DNA of 59,042 bases, filler included. It is 7 parts of 7 records of this genome, joined end to end, with 100 filler letters (N's around TTAATTAATTAA, not from the genome) between each part and the next. Parts side by side here need not be neighbours in the genome. Positions count along the whole stretch, not along the records: positions 1 to 9,089 come from SRR31156797_41685; positions 9,190 to 15,812 come from SRR31156797_41701; 5 more parts are not named here. The stretch is one strand, 5' to 3'. Positions 1 through 10,962 of the stretch are shown here, piece by piece; positions within the stretch are counted from its first letter, which is position 1; each line of letters starts with the position of its first letter. Made by a program: the position numbers and the translations under genes. The notes under the pieces were generated by a model. That model saw only the letters and a list, made by a program, of their open reading frames with translations, did no database searches and had not been told where the DNA came from.

Positions 1-1299
1 GATTCGTTTAACTGGGATAATGCATTGCCAATAAAAGATGTTAACACCCCGGATAATGAAGGGGCACAAACCTTATCTGCCGATGCAAAAATTATGTTTT
101 TTACAGCATGTAACCGTCAGGATGGTTTGGGAAGCTGCGACATTTATTTTTCGAGGCTGGTTGAGGGGAAATGGACCGAACCCCGAAATGCCGGAGAACC
201 ATTAAATACATCGTCATGGGAAGGCCAACCGTCTTTTTCATCAGATAATAAATGGTTGTATTTTTCGAGTAACCGCGGCGGTGGAAAAGGGAAAAAAGAT
301 ATTTGGCGTATAAAATTTGATGGTTTCTCTGAAGGAGGAGAACCTAGCTGGGGAACACTGGAAAACCTAAAGGTTTTAAACACCTCTGGTAACGAAATTT
401 CGCCTTTTATACATGCTAATAATCAAAATCTGTATTTTGCATCTGATACACATATTGGTATGGGAGGGCTGGATTTGTTTTCAGCAATTATTTCGGAAAC
501 AGGAGAAATTAAAGACCTGAAAAATATGGGATACCCGATAAATACGGTTAAGGATGATATGGGGTTGACGATAAGTTCAATAGGAGATGTCGCTTATTTT
601 TCATCGGCACGAGAAGCTGAAAAGGGATTGGATATCTTTTCCTTTAATTTAGACAGGGGATTACGACCACGTCCGGTTACCTATATAAAAGCTACTATCA
701 GAAATAAACGAACTGCTCGTCCGGTGTTGGCTAAAATTGAGTTGATAAATTTAAACAGTACAAATGCTGAACCACGAACTGAGGAAGCTGACGAAACAGG
801 ACAAGTTATGCTGGCTTTACCGGTGGGACGCGATTATGCTTTTAATGTTTCGGAAGAAGGATTCTTGTTTTATTCGCATTCCATGAGATTGGCCGACGAA
901 AATTCATTAACCGATCCTTTTATTCTCGATATTGAGCTCGAACCAATTGAAGTGGGAGCCGAGATGGATTTGTACAATATTTATTATGAAACCGACTCGT
1001 TTGCAATTCTGCCTGAATCGGAGCCTGAACTTCAAAAACTGGTAGCTTTCTTACAAAATAACAGTAGGCTTAAAGTAGAGATTCAGGGGCATACGGATAG
1101 CTCCGGTAATCCGGAAAGTAACCTCGAGCTTTCAAAACTTAGGGCAAAATCGGTGGTGGATTACCTGGTTGAAAATGGAATAGGAATAAATCGTTTACAG
1201 TCGGAAGGATATGGCGATACCATATCGGTTGCAACAAACGAAACGGTAGAAGGTCGTAGGTTAAACCGTAGAACAACCATAAAAATCATTGAGAAGTAA
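1..1299 (+). CDS. PorE-like OmpA-family protein (PD40/WD40-like repeats + OmpA C-terminal domain), 5'-partial
   Basis: Frame is open from base 1. PD40-like repeats (LYFSSNRGGGKG, LYFASDTHIGMGGLD) and OmpA motifs (IQGHTDSSG...NLELSKLRAKSV, NRRT). Confidence 0.85.
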   Translation, partial: DSFNWDNALPIKDVNTPDNEGAQTLSADAKIMFFTACNRQDGLGSCDIYFSRLVEGKWTEPRNAGEPLNTSSWEGQPSFSSDNKWLYFSSNRGGGKGKKDIWRIKFDGFSEGGEPSWGTLENLKVLNTSGNEISPFIHANNQNLYFASDTHIGMGGLDLFSAIISETGEIKDLKNMGYPINTVKDDMGLTISSIGDVAYFSSAREAEKGLDIFSFNLDRGLRPRPVTYIKATIRNKRTARPVLAKIELINLNSTNAEPRTEEADETGQVMLALPVGRDYAFNVSEEGFLFYSHSMRLADENSLTDPFILDIELEPIEVGAEMDLYNIYYETDSFAILPESEPELQKLVAFLQNNSRLKVEIQGHTDSSGNPESNLELSKLRAKSVVDYLVENGIGINRLQSEGYGDTISVATNETVEGRRLNRRTTIKIIEK

Positions 1300-1367
1300 A
1301 ACTGCATTGTTTCATTATAGGATATGCAAATTGCTTATCTTTAATGCATAATCAAATAATCTAAAAG

Positions 1368-2717
1368 ATGAAACAACTGCTAAGCTTTATTATTCTGTTT
1401 GTCTTTTCATTATCTTCTTTTTCGCAGGGAGATTATATGGAACAATGGCCATCTTTTCGCGGCCCCTTCGCCAAGGGGTATCTTAAAAATGCCAAAATTG
1501 TTTCAGAATGGAACCTGGAGTCCGGGGAAAATATTCTTTGGCAAACTCCAATACCCGGTTTGGGGCATTCTTGTCCGGTAATCTGGAATAACAAAATATT
1601 CATTACAACAGCTATTAGTGGCAGTGGAGATGACGAGGTGAAAATAGGATTGTATGGCGACGGAGACGCTGTTCAGGATGAGTCGGTTCACCAATTTAAA
1701 GTTATTTGTCTGGATAAAAACACCGGAGAGGTTTTATGGGATAAACTGGCAGTAGAATGTGTTCCGGTAGTAAAACGACATACAAAAGCCTCTCATGCCG
1801 ATTGTACACCCGCCACAGATGGGAAGCATATTGTTGCCTTTTTTGGTTCGCAGGGGCTTTATTGTTACGATTTTAATGGAATCCTGCTTTGGAAAAAGGC
1901 TTTTGGTAAAATGAATGCAGGACCATATAACGCACCGGAACTGGAATGGGGATTCTCCAGTTCGCCTATTCTTCATAAAGGGAAAGTAATTGTTCAATGC
2001 GACTTTCTGGGCGATTGCTTTTTAGCTGCTTACGATGTTGAAAACGGGAAACAACTTTGGCTAACACCCAGAGATGAAGTTTCAACATGGAGTTCGCCAA
2101 CCGTTTTTGAAAAGAACGGTAAAACCCAGATCGTGGTAAATGGCTGGAAGCACATGGGAGGTTATGATTTTGAAACCGGGAAAGAAATATGGAAAATGAG
2201 TGGAGGCGGGGATGTCCCTACTCCAACTCCGGTTATTGAGCACGATTTAATCTTTATAAATAATGCCCACGGAAGGTATGCACCTATTTATGCGGTAAAA
2301 ACCAATGCCGTTGGTAATATTACTCTTGGTGAAAAAGAAACTGCAAATGAACATATTGTTTGGAGCATTAAAAGAGGAGGTGCTTATATGCAATCGCCAT
2401 TAATTTATGGCGACTATTTGTACAACCTGCGAGGGAATGGCACTTTAAGTGTTTTTAAAGCTGCTACGGGTGAATTAATGTACAAAGAAAGTCTGGGATC
2501 TGTTGGTGGATTTACAGCCTCTGGAATTGCTGCCAATGATAAGGTTTATTTTTGTTCCGAACGTGGAGATGTTTTTGTTGTAAAAGCTGGTCCTGATTTT
2601 GAAATTCTTGCCCATAATCAAATGAATGATATTTTAATGGCTACTCCTGCCATATCAAATGATGTGGTATATTTTAGAGCAGGGAAATCAATTATTGCGG
2701 TTGGAAAGAAACAGTAG
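1368..2717 (+). CDS. Secreted PQQ-like beta-propeller (BamB-like) repeat protein
   Basis: Signal peptide, WPSFRGP N-terminal motif, repeated S(S/T)P...G...W blades. Confidence 0.8.
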   Translation: MKQLLSFIILFVFSLSSFSQGDYMEQWPSFRGPFAKGYLKNAKIVSEWNLESGENILWQTPIPGLGHSCPVIWNNKIFITTAISGSGDDEVKIGLYGDGDAVQDESVHQFKVICLDKNTGEVLWDKLAVECVPVVKRHTKASHADCTPATDGKHIVAFFGSQGLYCYDFNGILLWKKAFGKMNAGPYNAPELEWGFSSSPILHKGKVIVQCDFLGDCFLAAYDVENGKQLWLTPRDEVSTWSSPTVFEKNGKTQIVVNGWKHMGGYDFETGKEIWKMSGGGDVPTPTPVIEHDLIFINNAHGRYAPIYAVKTNAVGNITLGEKETANEHIVWSIKRGGAYMQSPLIYGDYLYNLRGNGTLSVFKAATGELMYKESLGSVGGFTASGIAANDKVYFCSERGDVFVVKAGPDFEILAHNQMNDILMATPAISNDVVYFRAGKSIIAVGKKQ

Positions 2718-2787
2718 AAAGCTTCGGTGTTTGATTCTGTTTTTCTTTTCGTGAATATTTTTGGAGATACTCTTTTAAACCGGTAGT

Positions 2788-4881
2788 TTATTCTTTCCCG
2801 GTCAGACCAATCAGTAATGAAAGATAATAATTTCTGGGATTCCCCGGGTAATAATAGCGGGGAGGATTGCCTCCAAACGAAGGGGCATTAACGGCCAGCA
2901 TAGAAACATAGTGAACATCGAAAATATTTTGAATGCCTCCTTTTATTTCGAGTATTAATTTCCCTTTGTTGTTTTTGTATTTTACTTCAGTATTGGTAAT
3001 TCCAAACGAATCAGAAAAATGTGTATTGCCATCGTTAACAGGCATTTCTCCGTTATAGCGATACCAGGCGTTAACTGAAAGGTTGTTAAACGGTTTTAGT
3101 ACTGCTCCCAGCGAAAACGCTTCCTTGCTTGTTCCCGGAAGTTGTTTTCCTGAGTAATTCACTCCAAGATCAACAAAATCAGTAAACTGATAATCCGATC
3201 GTGTTACCGAACCTGTCATGGTTAACAGCGGATTTTTATTGTGTGTTATGGTTACCCAGGTAAATTCGAGCTCAAAACCCGGATGAAGCGATTGTCCGGC
3301 ATTTAAGCCAATATATTCATCTTCGCCTGTACGACGTGCTACCAATAGGTTGTTTATGTAAATCCGGTAATAACTTGCAGACAGTTTGAAACGGTTGGAG
3401 AATTGTGCACGAAAACCGGTTTCGAAACTCCAGCCTGACTCTGGTTTTATTTCTGTGTTTAGCTCACCATCGGGCATAAGGGTTTCTTCAAAAGTGGGGG
3501 TTGAAAAGCCATGACTTATATTGGCAAAAACTGAAAACTCCTTATTTAGTAAGACATTAAATCCAAATCGTGGAGAAAGAATTGGTTTATAATTATGCTT
3601 CCCCGATTGATCCCCGTTGGCCAGGAAATGATCGGTGTATTTAAAATGAGTAAGATTACCGTTTAAACCGGCCGAAATAAATAGTCTATTATTAAAACTT
3701 GATTCCAGTTGGACAAATAGGTTTTCATACTGTCTTTTTTCGTTATTGTCAGACAATAAATTCGAATCTTCGTTGTCAAATGTCGACCAGTCGTAATTCT
3801 CTCTAAACATCTCAATCCCGGAAGTTATTACGCATCTTGTTTTGGCCGAGGAGATAACCTTTTGCAGGTAAGCTCTCCAGCCAAGGTAATCTGAATTTTC
3901 CTCCAAACGGTTAAACGGTCTTAATTCGTCTAGCTTTCTGATGCTTCCAAAAGCTCCAACCGATATCTTTCCATCTTTTATACTAAACCGGTTGAATGAA
4001 AGTCCAAACTGGGCGTTAGTGTATTCTTCAAAACCTCGAATGGCTTGCCAGTTGGGTGCAGCACTCGACGGATTATTTTGATAGGTTTCCAAATCGAGGG
4101 AGCTTGGAATAAAGGCTTTCATATCGGTTGCCTTCACCAATAATTGCAAATTTGTACGTTCGGATAAGGCATATACCGAATTCATAAGAATATTTTTCCT
4201 GTCGGTTTTGTTATTATCCCGGTAGCCATCGCTCGATAGGATTGATCCCAGGACAAAAACCTTTAATTTGGAATTATGGATTCCAGCTGTTAAAATGTTC
4301 TTTACAGTACCAAAAGAAGCAACCGTGGTGTTGTTTTGGGCAAAATCTTTTAAAACGGTTTTTGGATGAAAAAGCAAAACCCCGGCTAATCCTGCACCAT
4401 AAAGACTTGATGAAGGTCCCTTGAGAACCTCAATTCGCTGAATAGAAGTGTTTTCCAGATCTTCCAAAATTGTTTCTCCATCACCGGTAGTTAGTGGGAT
4501 TTCACCAAAGTAGGCTTTTATCTTATTGGTTCCATATGGCGTTCGTGAGCCTATTCCTCGAATGGTTAGCCGGTTGGTATTAAAAGTACCATGATGCATT
4601 AAAACACCAGGAATTCTGTTCAGCGCATCAATTGGGGTAAAGGCATCTCCTGTTTCGAGTTGAAGGGGTAATACCAGATTAATAGGGGCAGGGGTATTAA
4701 AAATATTATAAGGCGACCGGAAGGCTGTTACCGTTATTTCTTCAATTTCATCGCTAACAAGAGTGGTATCCTGATTCGAAAAAGGGAGTTGAGCTAACAG
4801 AACATTAGAAAAAGACATTAAATAAACAATTACTAAAATGAAGCGTTTATTTAGGTTCGTTTTCATGGCACTGTTTATCAT
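2788..4881 (-). CDS. TonB-dependent receptor
   Basis: Plug motifs (IRGIG, IQRIEVLKGPSSSLYG), KPESG and NIFD...Y...PRNY barrel motifs. Confidence 0.9.
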   Translation of the reverse strand: MINSAMKTNLNKRFILVIVYLMSFSNVLLAQLPFSNQDTTLVSDEIEEITVTAFRSPYNIFNTPAPINLVLPLQLETGDAFTPIDALNRIPGVLMHHGTFNTNRLTIRGIGSRTPYGTNKIKAYFGEIPLTTGDGETILEDLENTSIQRIEVLKGPSSSLYGAGLAGVLLFHPKTVLKDFAQNNTTVASFGTVKNILTAGIHNSKLKVFVLGSILSSDGYRDNNKTDRKNILMNSVYALSERTNLQLLVKATDMKAFIPSSLDLETYQNNPSSAAPNWQAIRGFEEYTNAQFGLSFNRFSIKDGKISVGAFGSIRKLDELRPFNRLEENSDYLGWRAYLQKVISSAKTRCVITSGIEMFRENYDWSTFDNEDSNLLSDNNEKRQYENLFVQLESSFNNRLFISAGLNGNLTHFKYTDHFLANGDQSGKHNYKPILSPRFGFNVLLNKEFSVFANISHGFSTPTFEETLMPDGELNTEIKPESGWSFETGFRAQFSNRFKLSASYYRIYINNLLVARRTGEDEYIGLNAGQSLHPGFELEFTWVTITHNKNPLLTMTGSVTRSDYQFTDFVDLGVNYSGKQLPGTSKEAFSLGAVLKPFNNLSVNAWYRYNGEMPVNDGNTHFSDSFGITNTEVKYKNNKGKLILEIKGGIQNIFDVHYVSMLAVNAPSFGGNPPRYYYPGNPRNYYLSLLIGLTGKE

Positions 4882-5134
4882 TGTCTAACCCAAAGTTATG
4901 GAAAAGCATTTATATAGCTGTCGGTTTATTAAAATAACGACAACGAAAATCTTTTAGTTTCGATTATTACTCTGCTTTTTTCCGGAATGCCCTTAAACCA
5001 GCAGCATTTTACTGTTGTATAACCTCATTTTTTAAAAATTATGCAAGCTGGTATGCCCCAAATACATTCAAATTAAAATTAGAATACGAGGGAGAATTAT
5101 ATCGTTAACGATAAATTTATAAAGCAGTTTTTAG

Positions 5135-6244
5135 CTAAATCTCTGTCTTTTTTAAGTTCTTAAGGTAATAATCGTCTATTGAAGCCCCAATTCCTGCAGT
5201 TTCCGGAATGCTTATCTCACCTTTTTCATTGTATTGAATACCACCGGAAACCTGATCCTGATCCATCATTAATGGGGTGTCAAAATCGAAATAGACAATA
5301 TTCTCCTTCGCCAAAGAGAAATGGGCTGAGGCTGTAAATCCTAATCGCGATTCAAGGAATCCTCCAACCTGGATTTTCATATTTGCCGATTTGGCGTAAT
5401 CAGCGATTTTTAATGCTTTAAAAATACCTCCTGACTTGCTGAGTTTAATATTGATCAAATCGCAGGCATCAAGTTTTATTAATCGCTTAGCATCGTGGTG
5501 ATCGCAACAGGTTTCGTCGGCCATAATTGGGATTGGGCTGTATTTCCTTATTTCTGCCAATTCCATAAAATCCCATCTGGGTATTGGTTCTTCGCAGTGC
5601 TGAATTTTGTACGGTTCAAGGGCTTTTAGTATGCCAAGTGCTTCCTCTGCAGTCCATCCCTGGTTTGCATCAAGCCGTATAGGGATTTGGTAGCCAACTT
5701 TTTCCCGAATTAACCGAATGCTCTCAATGTCCTGATCTTTCGAATGCCCCAGTTTTACTTTAATGATTTCAAAACCATTGTTTACAATTTTTACAGCATC
5801 TGCTGCCATTTTTGTGGGGTTTGATAAACTTACAGTATAATCAGTTTGGATAGTTTTATTGTTTTTACCGTCGAGGAACTTAAACAATGGCGTACCTGCT
5901 GCCTGTGCGGCTATATCATACAAGGCCATGTCGAAAGCGCTTTTAATACTCGAGTTGCCATATATCGTTTGATCCATAACCTGAGTACAGTTGGCAATAT
6001 CAATAGGATTTTTACCCTTTAAAACCTTTGCGAGGTATTGAGCCACTACAAAACAGGTTTCCATACTTTCTCCGTTAATTGTCATAAACGGACTACATTC
6101 GCCAAATCCAGTTAAGCCCTCGTTTGTATTTATTTTTACAACAACATTTTGTGCATATTCCATTGGTCCCAACGAAATAACAAAAGGTTCTTTAAGTTTT
6201 ATTGGATTTTGGAATATCTCGACAGAAGTAATAACTAAATTCAT
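5135..6244 (-). CDS. Dipeptide (L-Ala-D/L-Glu) epimerase, enolase superfamily
   Basis: G.GEC.P, KVK catalytic motif, DANQGW, EEP, ADE, NIKLSK, DFD. Start taken at MNLVIT (6244). Confidence 0.85.
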   Translation of the reverse strand: MNLVITSVEIFQNPIKLKEPFVISLGPMEYAQNVVVKINTNEGLTGFGECSPFMTINGESMETCFVVAQYLAKVLKGKNPIDIANCTQVMDQTIYGNSSIKSAFDMALYDIAAQAAGTPLFKFLDGKNNKTIQTDYTVSLSNPTKMAADAVKIVNNGFEIIKVKLGHSKDQDIESIRLIREKVGYQIPIRLDANQGWTAEEALGILKALEPYKIQHCEEPIPRWDFMELAEIRKYSPIPIMADETCCDHHDAKRLIKLDACDLINIKLSKSGGIFKALKIADYAKSANMKIQVGGFLESRLGFTASAHFSLAKENIVYFDFDTPLMMDQDQVSGGIQYNEKGEISIPETAGIGASIDDYYLKNLKKTEI

Positions 6245-6456
6245 GTTAGTAAAATATTTTAACTGCAATATGATAAATATTTTACTGCAAATTTGTATGA
6301 CAAGTGACAAATTGTGTCAAATATTTCTATTATTTAACGTGAGTATATGGTTAAATAATTTAAGAACTATTCCAATGTAAAAGGGAAAGTTAGGTGGATT
6401 GAAAAACGACATGAAGTTTATTATTCAATTGTTGAAAAATAGATTCTAATTCTTAA

Positions 6457-6855
6457 TTAAGAATTCAAAATATTATCCAATCGAAGTAATAATAATTTTG
6501 AATTGATGGGTTTATTCAGGTATTCCGCGGCTCCCATTTCCAAAACTTTTAATTCAGCCTCATTTCCGGCATGACCCGACATAAATACAACCGGTATATT
6601 GATATCGCTTTTTTGCATGTATTCAAGTAATTGATACCCATCAAGGTTGGGCATTGAAATATCGGTAAGAATCAGATCGAAATCTTCTTTGTTGATTTTT
6701 TCCAAGGCTACATTTCCATCGGATGCAATTTCAACTTCATATCCCGACATTTTCAGGATTTGTGATACAACACGTTGAACAAGTATATCGTCATCAACAA
6801 TTAGTATTTGTTTCTTAATTTTACCGGAGCCCTCTTTATTTATCGTATTTTCCAT
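6457..6855 (-). CDS. Stand-alone response regulator receiver protein
   Basis: ILIVDDD, DLILTDISMP, YLNKP; no output domain. Confidence 0.85.
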   Translation of the reverse strand: MENTINKEGSGKIKKQILIVDDDILVQRVVSQILKMSGYEVEIASDGNVALEKINKEDFDLILTDISMPNLDGYQLLEYMQKSDINIPVVFMSGHAGNEAELKVLEMGAAEYLNKPINSKLLLLRLDNILNS

Positions 6856-7097
6856 TTATTGCTATTTAGCCAGAGTTTGATTCTCAGCATCTTTGGAAAG
6901 GGAAAAACTCTGTTTGGTTCAGCTTAAATTGTTTACAGTGAATGAACTATTGGTTCTGTCTGATTTTGCAATTTTTTATAAATATATGAAAATAGCCTGG
7001 CTTAATATAGAGGATGTTTTGAGAAAAAGAATTTTGGGCTAATGTTCTGGAAAAAATTCAGAACGGGAATACCAGATATACACTAAAGTGCAAAACG

Positions 7098-7132
7098 AAA
7101 AAAGGCCCATCTGATTGTACAGACAGGCCTTT
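7098..7132 (-). terminator. Intrinsic terminator after ilvN
   Basis: Minus strand reads AGGCCTGTCTG-loop-CAGATGGGCCT followed by a T-run. Confidence 0.75.
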
Positions 7133-7157
7133 GAAAGATATTTTTGATTGCTTTTAA

Positions 7158-7700
7158 TTAATCTAAACTATTTAAAAAAGCATCACGTTCTTTTAAAAAC
7201 TCCGATAGACGTTCAATCGGGTCGCGTGTAATTGCAACGCGTCCTGAGCGGATAAACTGCATTACCTGAAACTGATTTAATTTTTCAAATAGTGCCTGTG
7301 TGTCTTCTTTGTGCCCGGTTTTTTCGATCACAACGTAATCTTTGGTAATTTCAAGAATACGTGCACCTGCTTTTCGAACAATATTTTCAATGGTATCGCT
7401 TTGGTAGATCGGTGCTATTGGAACCTTATACAATGCAATTTCCTGAAAAATCATTTCGTCGTTGGTGTGGTAAAATGCTTTTAGAACATCAATTTGCTTT
7501 TCAATCTGGCCAACAACTTTAACGGCCATTTCTTTTGTACAGTGAATAACGATTGTGAATTTGTAAATACCCTGAAGGGCTGATTCGGAAACCGTTAAAC
7601 TGTCAATATTTATTTTTCGGCGCGTAAATACATTGGTAATTCTTGTTAGCATACCAATGTGATTCTCGGTAAAAACGCTTAATATAAATTCTTGTTTCAT
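7158..7700 (-). CDS. ilvN: Acetolactate synthase small subunit
   Basis: ACT domain (ENHIGMLTRITNVFTRRKINIDSL), C-terminal RSGRVA, directly downstream of ilvB. Confidence 0.92.
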   Translation of the reverse strand: MKQEFILSVFTENHIGMLTRITNVFTRRKINIDSLTVSESALQGIYKFTIVIHCTKEMAVKVVGQIEKQIDVLKAFYHTNDEMIFQEIALYKVPIAPIYQSDTIENIVRKAGARILEITKDYVVIEKTGHKEDTQALFEKLNQFQVMQFIRSGRVAITRDPIERLSEFLKERDAFLNSLD

Positions 7701-7734
7701 TTTTGTTCTCTTTAATAATTAACTGAACACTTTG

Positions 7735-9089
7735 TTATGCTTCTAAAATAACATCGGATACAGAAGCCCCGGTTGGTACCATTGGGAACACATTATCTTC
7801 TTTTTCAATTTTTACTTCAAGAAGGTACGGTCCGTCATGGTCGATCATTTTTTGGATACTTGCTTCAAGATCTTCTCGTTTATCCACCGTATGACCTTCA
7901 ATTCCAAAACCTTTTCCGATCATAATAAAATCGGGGTTATGTAATTCGGTAAAAGAATAGCGTCTTTCAAAGAATAGTTCTTGCCACTGACGAACCATTC
8001 CCAGGAAATTGTTGTTCAGTAATATAATCTTTACAGGTAATTTATTTTGTGCAATAGTTCCTAATTCCTGGATCGTCATTTGAAAACCACCATCACCCGC
8101 CATTGCAATAACAGTTCTGTCGGGAGCACCAATTTGGGCACCCATTGCAGCAGGTAAACCAAATCCCATTGTACCCAATCCTCCAGATGTAACATTGCTA
8201 CGCGAATTTTTAAATTTGAAATAGCGTTGTGCAATCATTTGGTGTTGACCTACATCGGTAACCAATACTGCTTCATGGTTGGTTTTTTCCGACGCAATAC
8301 GTACAACCTCTCCCATGGTTAAGCCCGGTTTTGTTGGGTAGAGATCTTTTTTCCAGACTTTCTCATTTTCAACCTCATTGCATTTTTTAAATTCCTCTAC
8401 CCATTTTTCGTGTTTATTTGCTTTAACATTATCGGTAAGCATTTTTAGTGCTTTTTTTGAATCACCCAAAACACTTACATCTGTTTCAATAATTTTGTCG
8501 ATCTCTGCCGGATCTATTTCTATATGAATGATTTTTGCATGTTTAGCATATTGGCTTACTTTACCGGTTACACGGTCGTCGAAACGCATACCAATTGCAA
8601 GAATCAAATCGGTTTCGTTGGTTAGTTTGTTCGGACCATAGTTACCATGCATACCCAGCATGCCCACATTAAGTGGATGTTCACTAGGTAGTGCCGATAA
8701 TCCCATTAAAGTCCATGCAGCCGGAATACCTGTTTTTTCAATAAATGCCTTTAATTCCTCCTCAGCACGTCCGATGATAATTCCATGACCAAACAACAAC
8801 AACGGTTTTTTTGCCGAATCAATTAATTCAGCAGCAGCTTTTACCTGGTGCGGATCAACATGAGTTTCCGGAACATAACTTCTGATTTTTGTGCATTTCT
8901 CATATTTAAACTCCAGCTCTCCAAACTGTGCATCCTTTGTTATGTCGATAAGAACCGGACCAGGACGACCAGTTGTAGCAATATAGAAGGCTTGTGCTAT
9001 TGCTTCAGGAATTTCTTCGGGTGAAGTAACCTGGTAATTCCATTTAGTTACCGGAATTGACATGCCAACCACATCAGATTCCTGAAATG
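7735..9089 (-). CDS. ilvB: Acetolactate synthase large subunit, 5'-truncated by contig edge
   Basis: AFQESD at the edge, GRPGPVLID, GMLGMHG, RFDDRVTG, DVGQHQM, GDGGFQM, LGMVRQWQ. Confidence 0.95.
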
Positions 9090-9189
9090 NNNNNNNNNNN
9101 NNNNNNNNNNNNNNNNNNNNNNNNNNNNNNNNNTTAATTAATTAANNNNNNNNNNNNNNNNNNNNNNNNNNNNNNNNNNNNNNNNNNNN
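9090..9189. other. Artificial contig spacer
   Basis: N-run / TTAATTAATTAA (stops in all six frames) / N-run; gene content changes across it. Confidence 0.97.
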
Positions 9190-9906
9190 AGAAACTCCAG
9201 AAGGAGCAACTTGATTCTAAGGCAAGAAAGGTCATGAGGCAATTGCAGGAAGCAAGAGCCATACAGGACTCGATTGACAGGAACAAGAAGTTGCCTAAAA
9301 GGTTCAGAATCAACAATGTTCTTGTTGATGTGACATATTCCTTACAAACAAAATTGATGGAACTTGATGAAAAGGATGCCATCAAACTGCTGGAAGAAAA
9401 GCTAGTCACGGGCAGGGAAGGATTTTTCTGCTTAAAGTCGAGTGAGAATTTGACACTAAAACAAGCTCTTCATAGGTATCGAAAAAGGACAGCATCGAAA
9501 AGATCATCAATTCATTGAAGAATGAGATCGAGATAAAACCATTACGTGTGTGGACAGATGGTAGCATTTATGGTGCCGTTATTATTGGGTTCATTGCACA
9601 ACTTTTCATATCGCTGATGCGATATGAGTTCAATGAACTCAAGCATAAGTCTACAAAGTTCATCAAAAAAAGCTTATTGAATTTGACAGTGACCGTGGAT
9701 TTCAAGGGAAATAGGTCAAAAAAGTACATTTACGCCAACTTCGATGGCATAAATTCACTGATATTAGGGGAAAAGTGGGTAAAATCGTAGTAGTTTACTT
9801 GAAATTGTTTGAACTGTCAAATAGGTTTTCCTGATAAAAAAATGAAAATTTGGGTTGAAAGAGAAGACATTCACTTCAGGAAAGAGTGAAAACTGTCAAA
9901 CTTGGG
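9190..9906 (+). mobile_element. IS1634-like element, 3' part (frameshifted transposase 9190-9790 plus right end)
   Basis: ORFs 9234-9518 and 9515-9790 join across a 1-nt frameshift to give YRKKDSIEKIINSLKNEIEIKPLRVW (YREK-type DDE motif). Candidate terminal repeat CTGTCAAACTTGGG ends at 9906. Confidence 0.75.
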
Positions 9907-10120
9907 TAATAACAATGAGCTTTGCAGTATCAACAAGGATACTTGTTTTCAGGAAAGATCTTCGTTTCTTTTCTGTCCTCCATGAATAATAGTAGCTACA
10001 ATGACCACTGATGAACCCACTTGAATCAATAGTGTCAATTTCTATTTATTCTCCATGAGAATAAAATAGTTTTATTGTTTGGTGCAATAATACACTGAAG
10101 TACGTCGATTTTAGTCTTGT
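9907..10120 (-). pseudogene. Archaeal IS5-family transposase remnant
   Basis: Hand translation: RLKSTYFSVLLHQTIKLFYSHGE*IEIDTIDSSGFISGHCSYYYSWRTEKKRRSFLKTSILVDT. This has the first DDE Asp motif (IDSSGF) and an internal stop; not in the ORF track. Confidence 0.65.
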
Positions 10121-10302
10121 TAACCTGCAATTTTACCGTTCTTTTTGTAGCTGGAACTTTTACATCTCAGACATTTCATACACAATAATAAGTTTCATGG
10201 CGCATGGTGTGTTTAATTACAATACCTTATTTTTTAAGGTATGAGATGTCAAAACTAACATGAACAATAAAGTATATATGTCTATTATCACTATGTGTAA
10301 AT

Positions 10303-10962
10303 ATGTTTATTCAAAAAATTAAAAAGCTATTGAATGGTAGTAGTTCAAAAGAGCTAGAAAAAGCAAAAGCTGCTCAAACTGACTTATCTGAGCGAGGTAA
10401 GACTAGTCAATTATCTGAAGATGATCAGAAAAAAAACACAGAAGACCTTATAAAAAGTTATCATGATTTGTGGAACCTAAGGCTAGTTAAAGAAGGCAAA
10501 TGTCTTGATGTTGGTGCATATCATGGTTATATGTGGGATTTTTCTCCTGATAACTTTGAGATATATGGACTTAATATTGTAGATGAGGACCATCAGATTG
10601 CATTAGATAGAGTTAAACAGTTCTCTCATGTAAAAGAAACGGAAATTGGGTCAATGGAAGATATACCCTATGCAGATAATTTTTTTGATATTGTGTACTG
10701 CAAGCAGACTTTAGAGCACAGCTATGATCTTGGATTGGCATTAAGGGAAATGAAAAGAGTCCTGAAACCTGGTGGTAACTTATTGATAGAGGTTCCAATT
10801 AACTTGGGATTTGATCCAGCGCATACTGCTGATATTGAGGGTACCCCTGACGAAAAGGAAGAGTATTGGATAGCAAACATATCGGAGTATTTTACAGTAG
10901 GAGTTGCAAAAAGGGAGGAATATTTTTTCTGTATGGCACTTCAAGTACTAGCTACAAAGTGA
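10303..10962 (+). CDS. Class I SAM-dependent methyltransferase (type 11-like)
   Basis: CLDVGAYHG, IPYADNFFD, LEH, EMKRVLKPGG. Confidence 0.85.
   Translation: MFIQKIKKLLNGSSSKELEKAKAAQTDLSERGKTSQLSEDDQKKNTEDLIKSYHDLWNLRLVKEGKCLDVGAYHGYMWDFSPDNFEIYGLNIVDEDHQIALDRVKQFSHVKETEIGSMEDIPYADNFFDIVYCKQTLEHSYDLGLALREMKRVLKPGGNLLIEVPINLGFDPAHTADIEGTPDEKEEYWIANISEYFTVGVAKREEYFFCMALQVLATK

Noticed and set aside
5042-5059. sigma54-like site upstream of the TonB receptor
   Set aside because: GG-to-GC spacing is 11, not the required 10.
9134-9409. ORFs reading into N-runs, and the repeated TTAATTAATTAA as a biological repeat
   Set aside because: Artefacts of the concatenation spacer.
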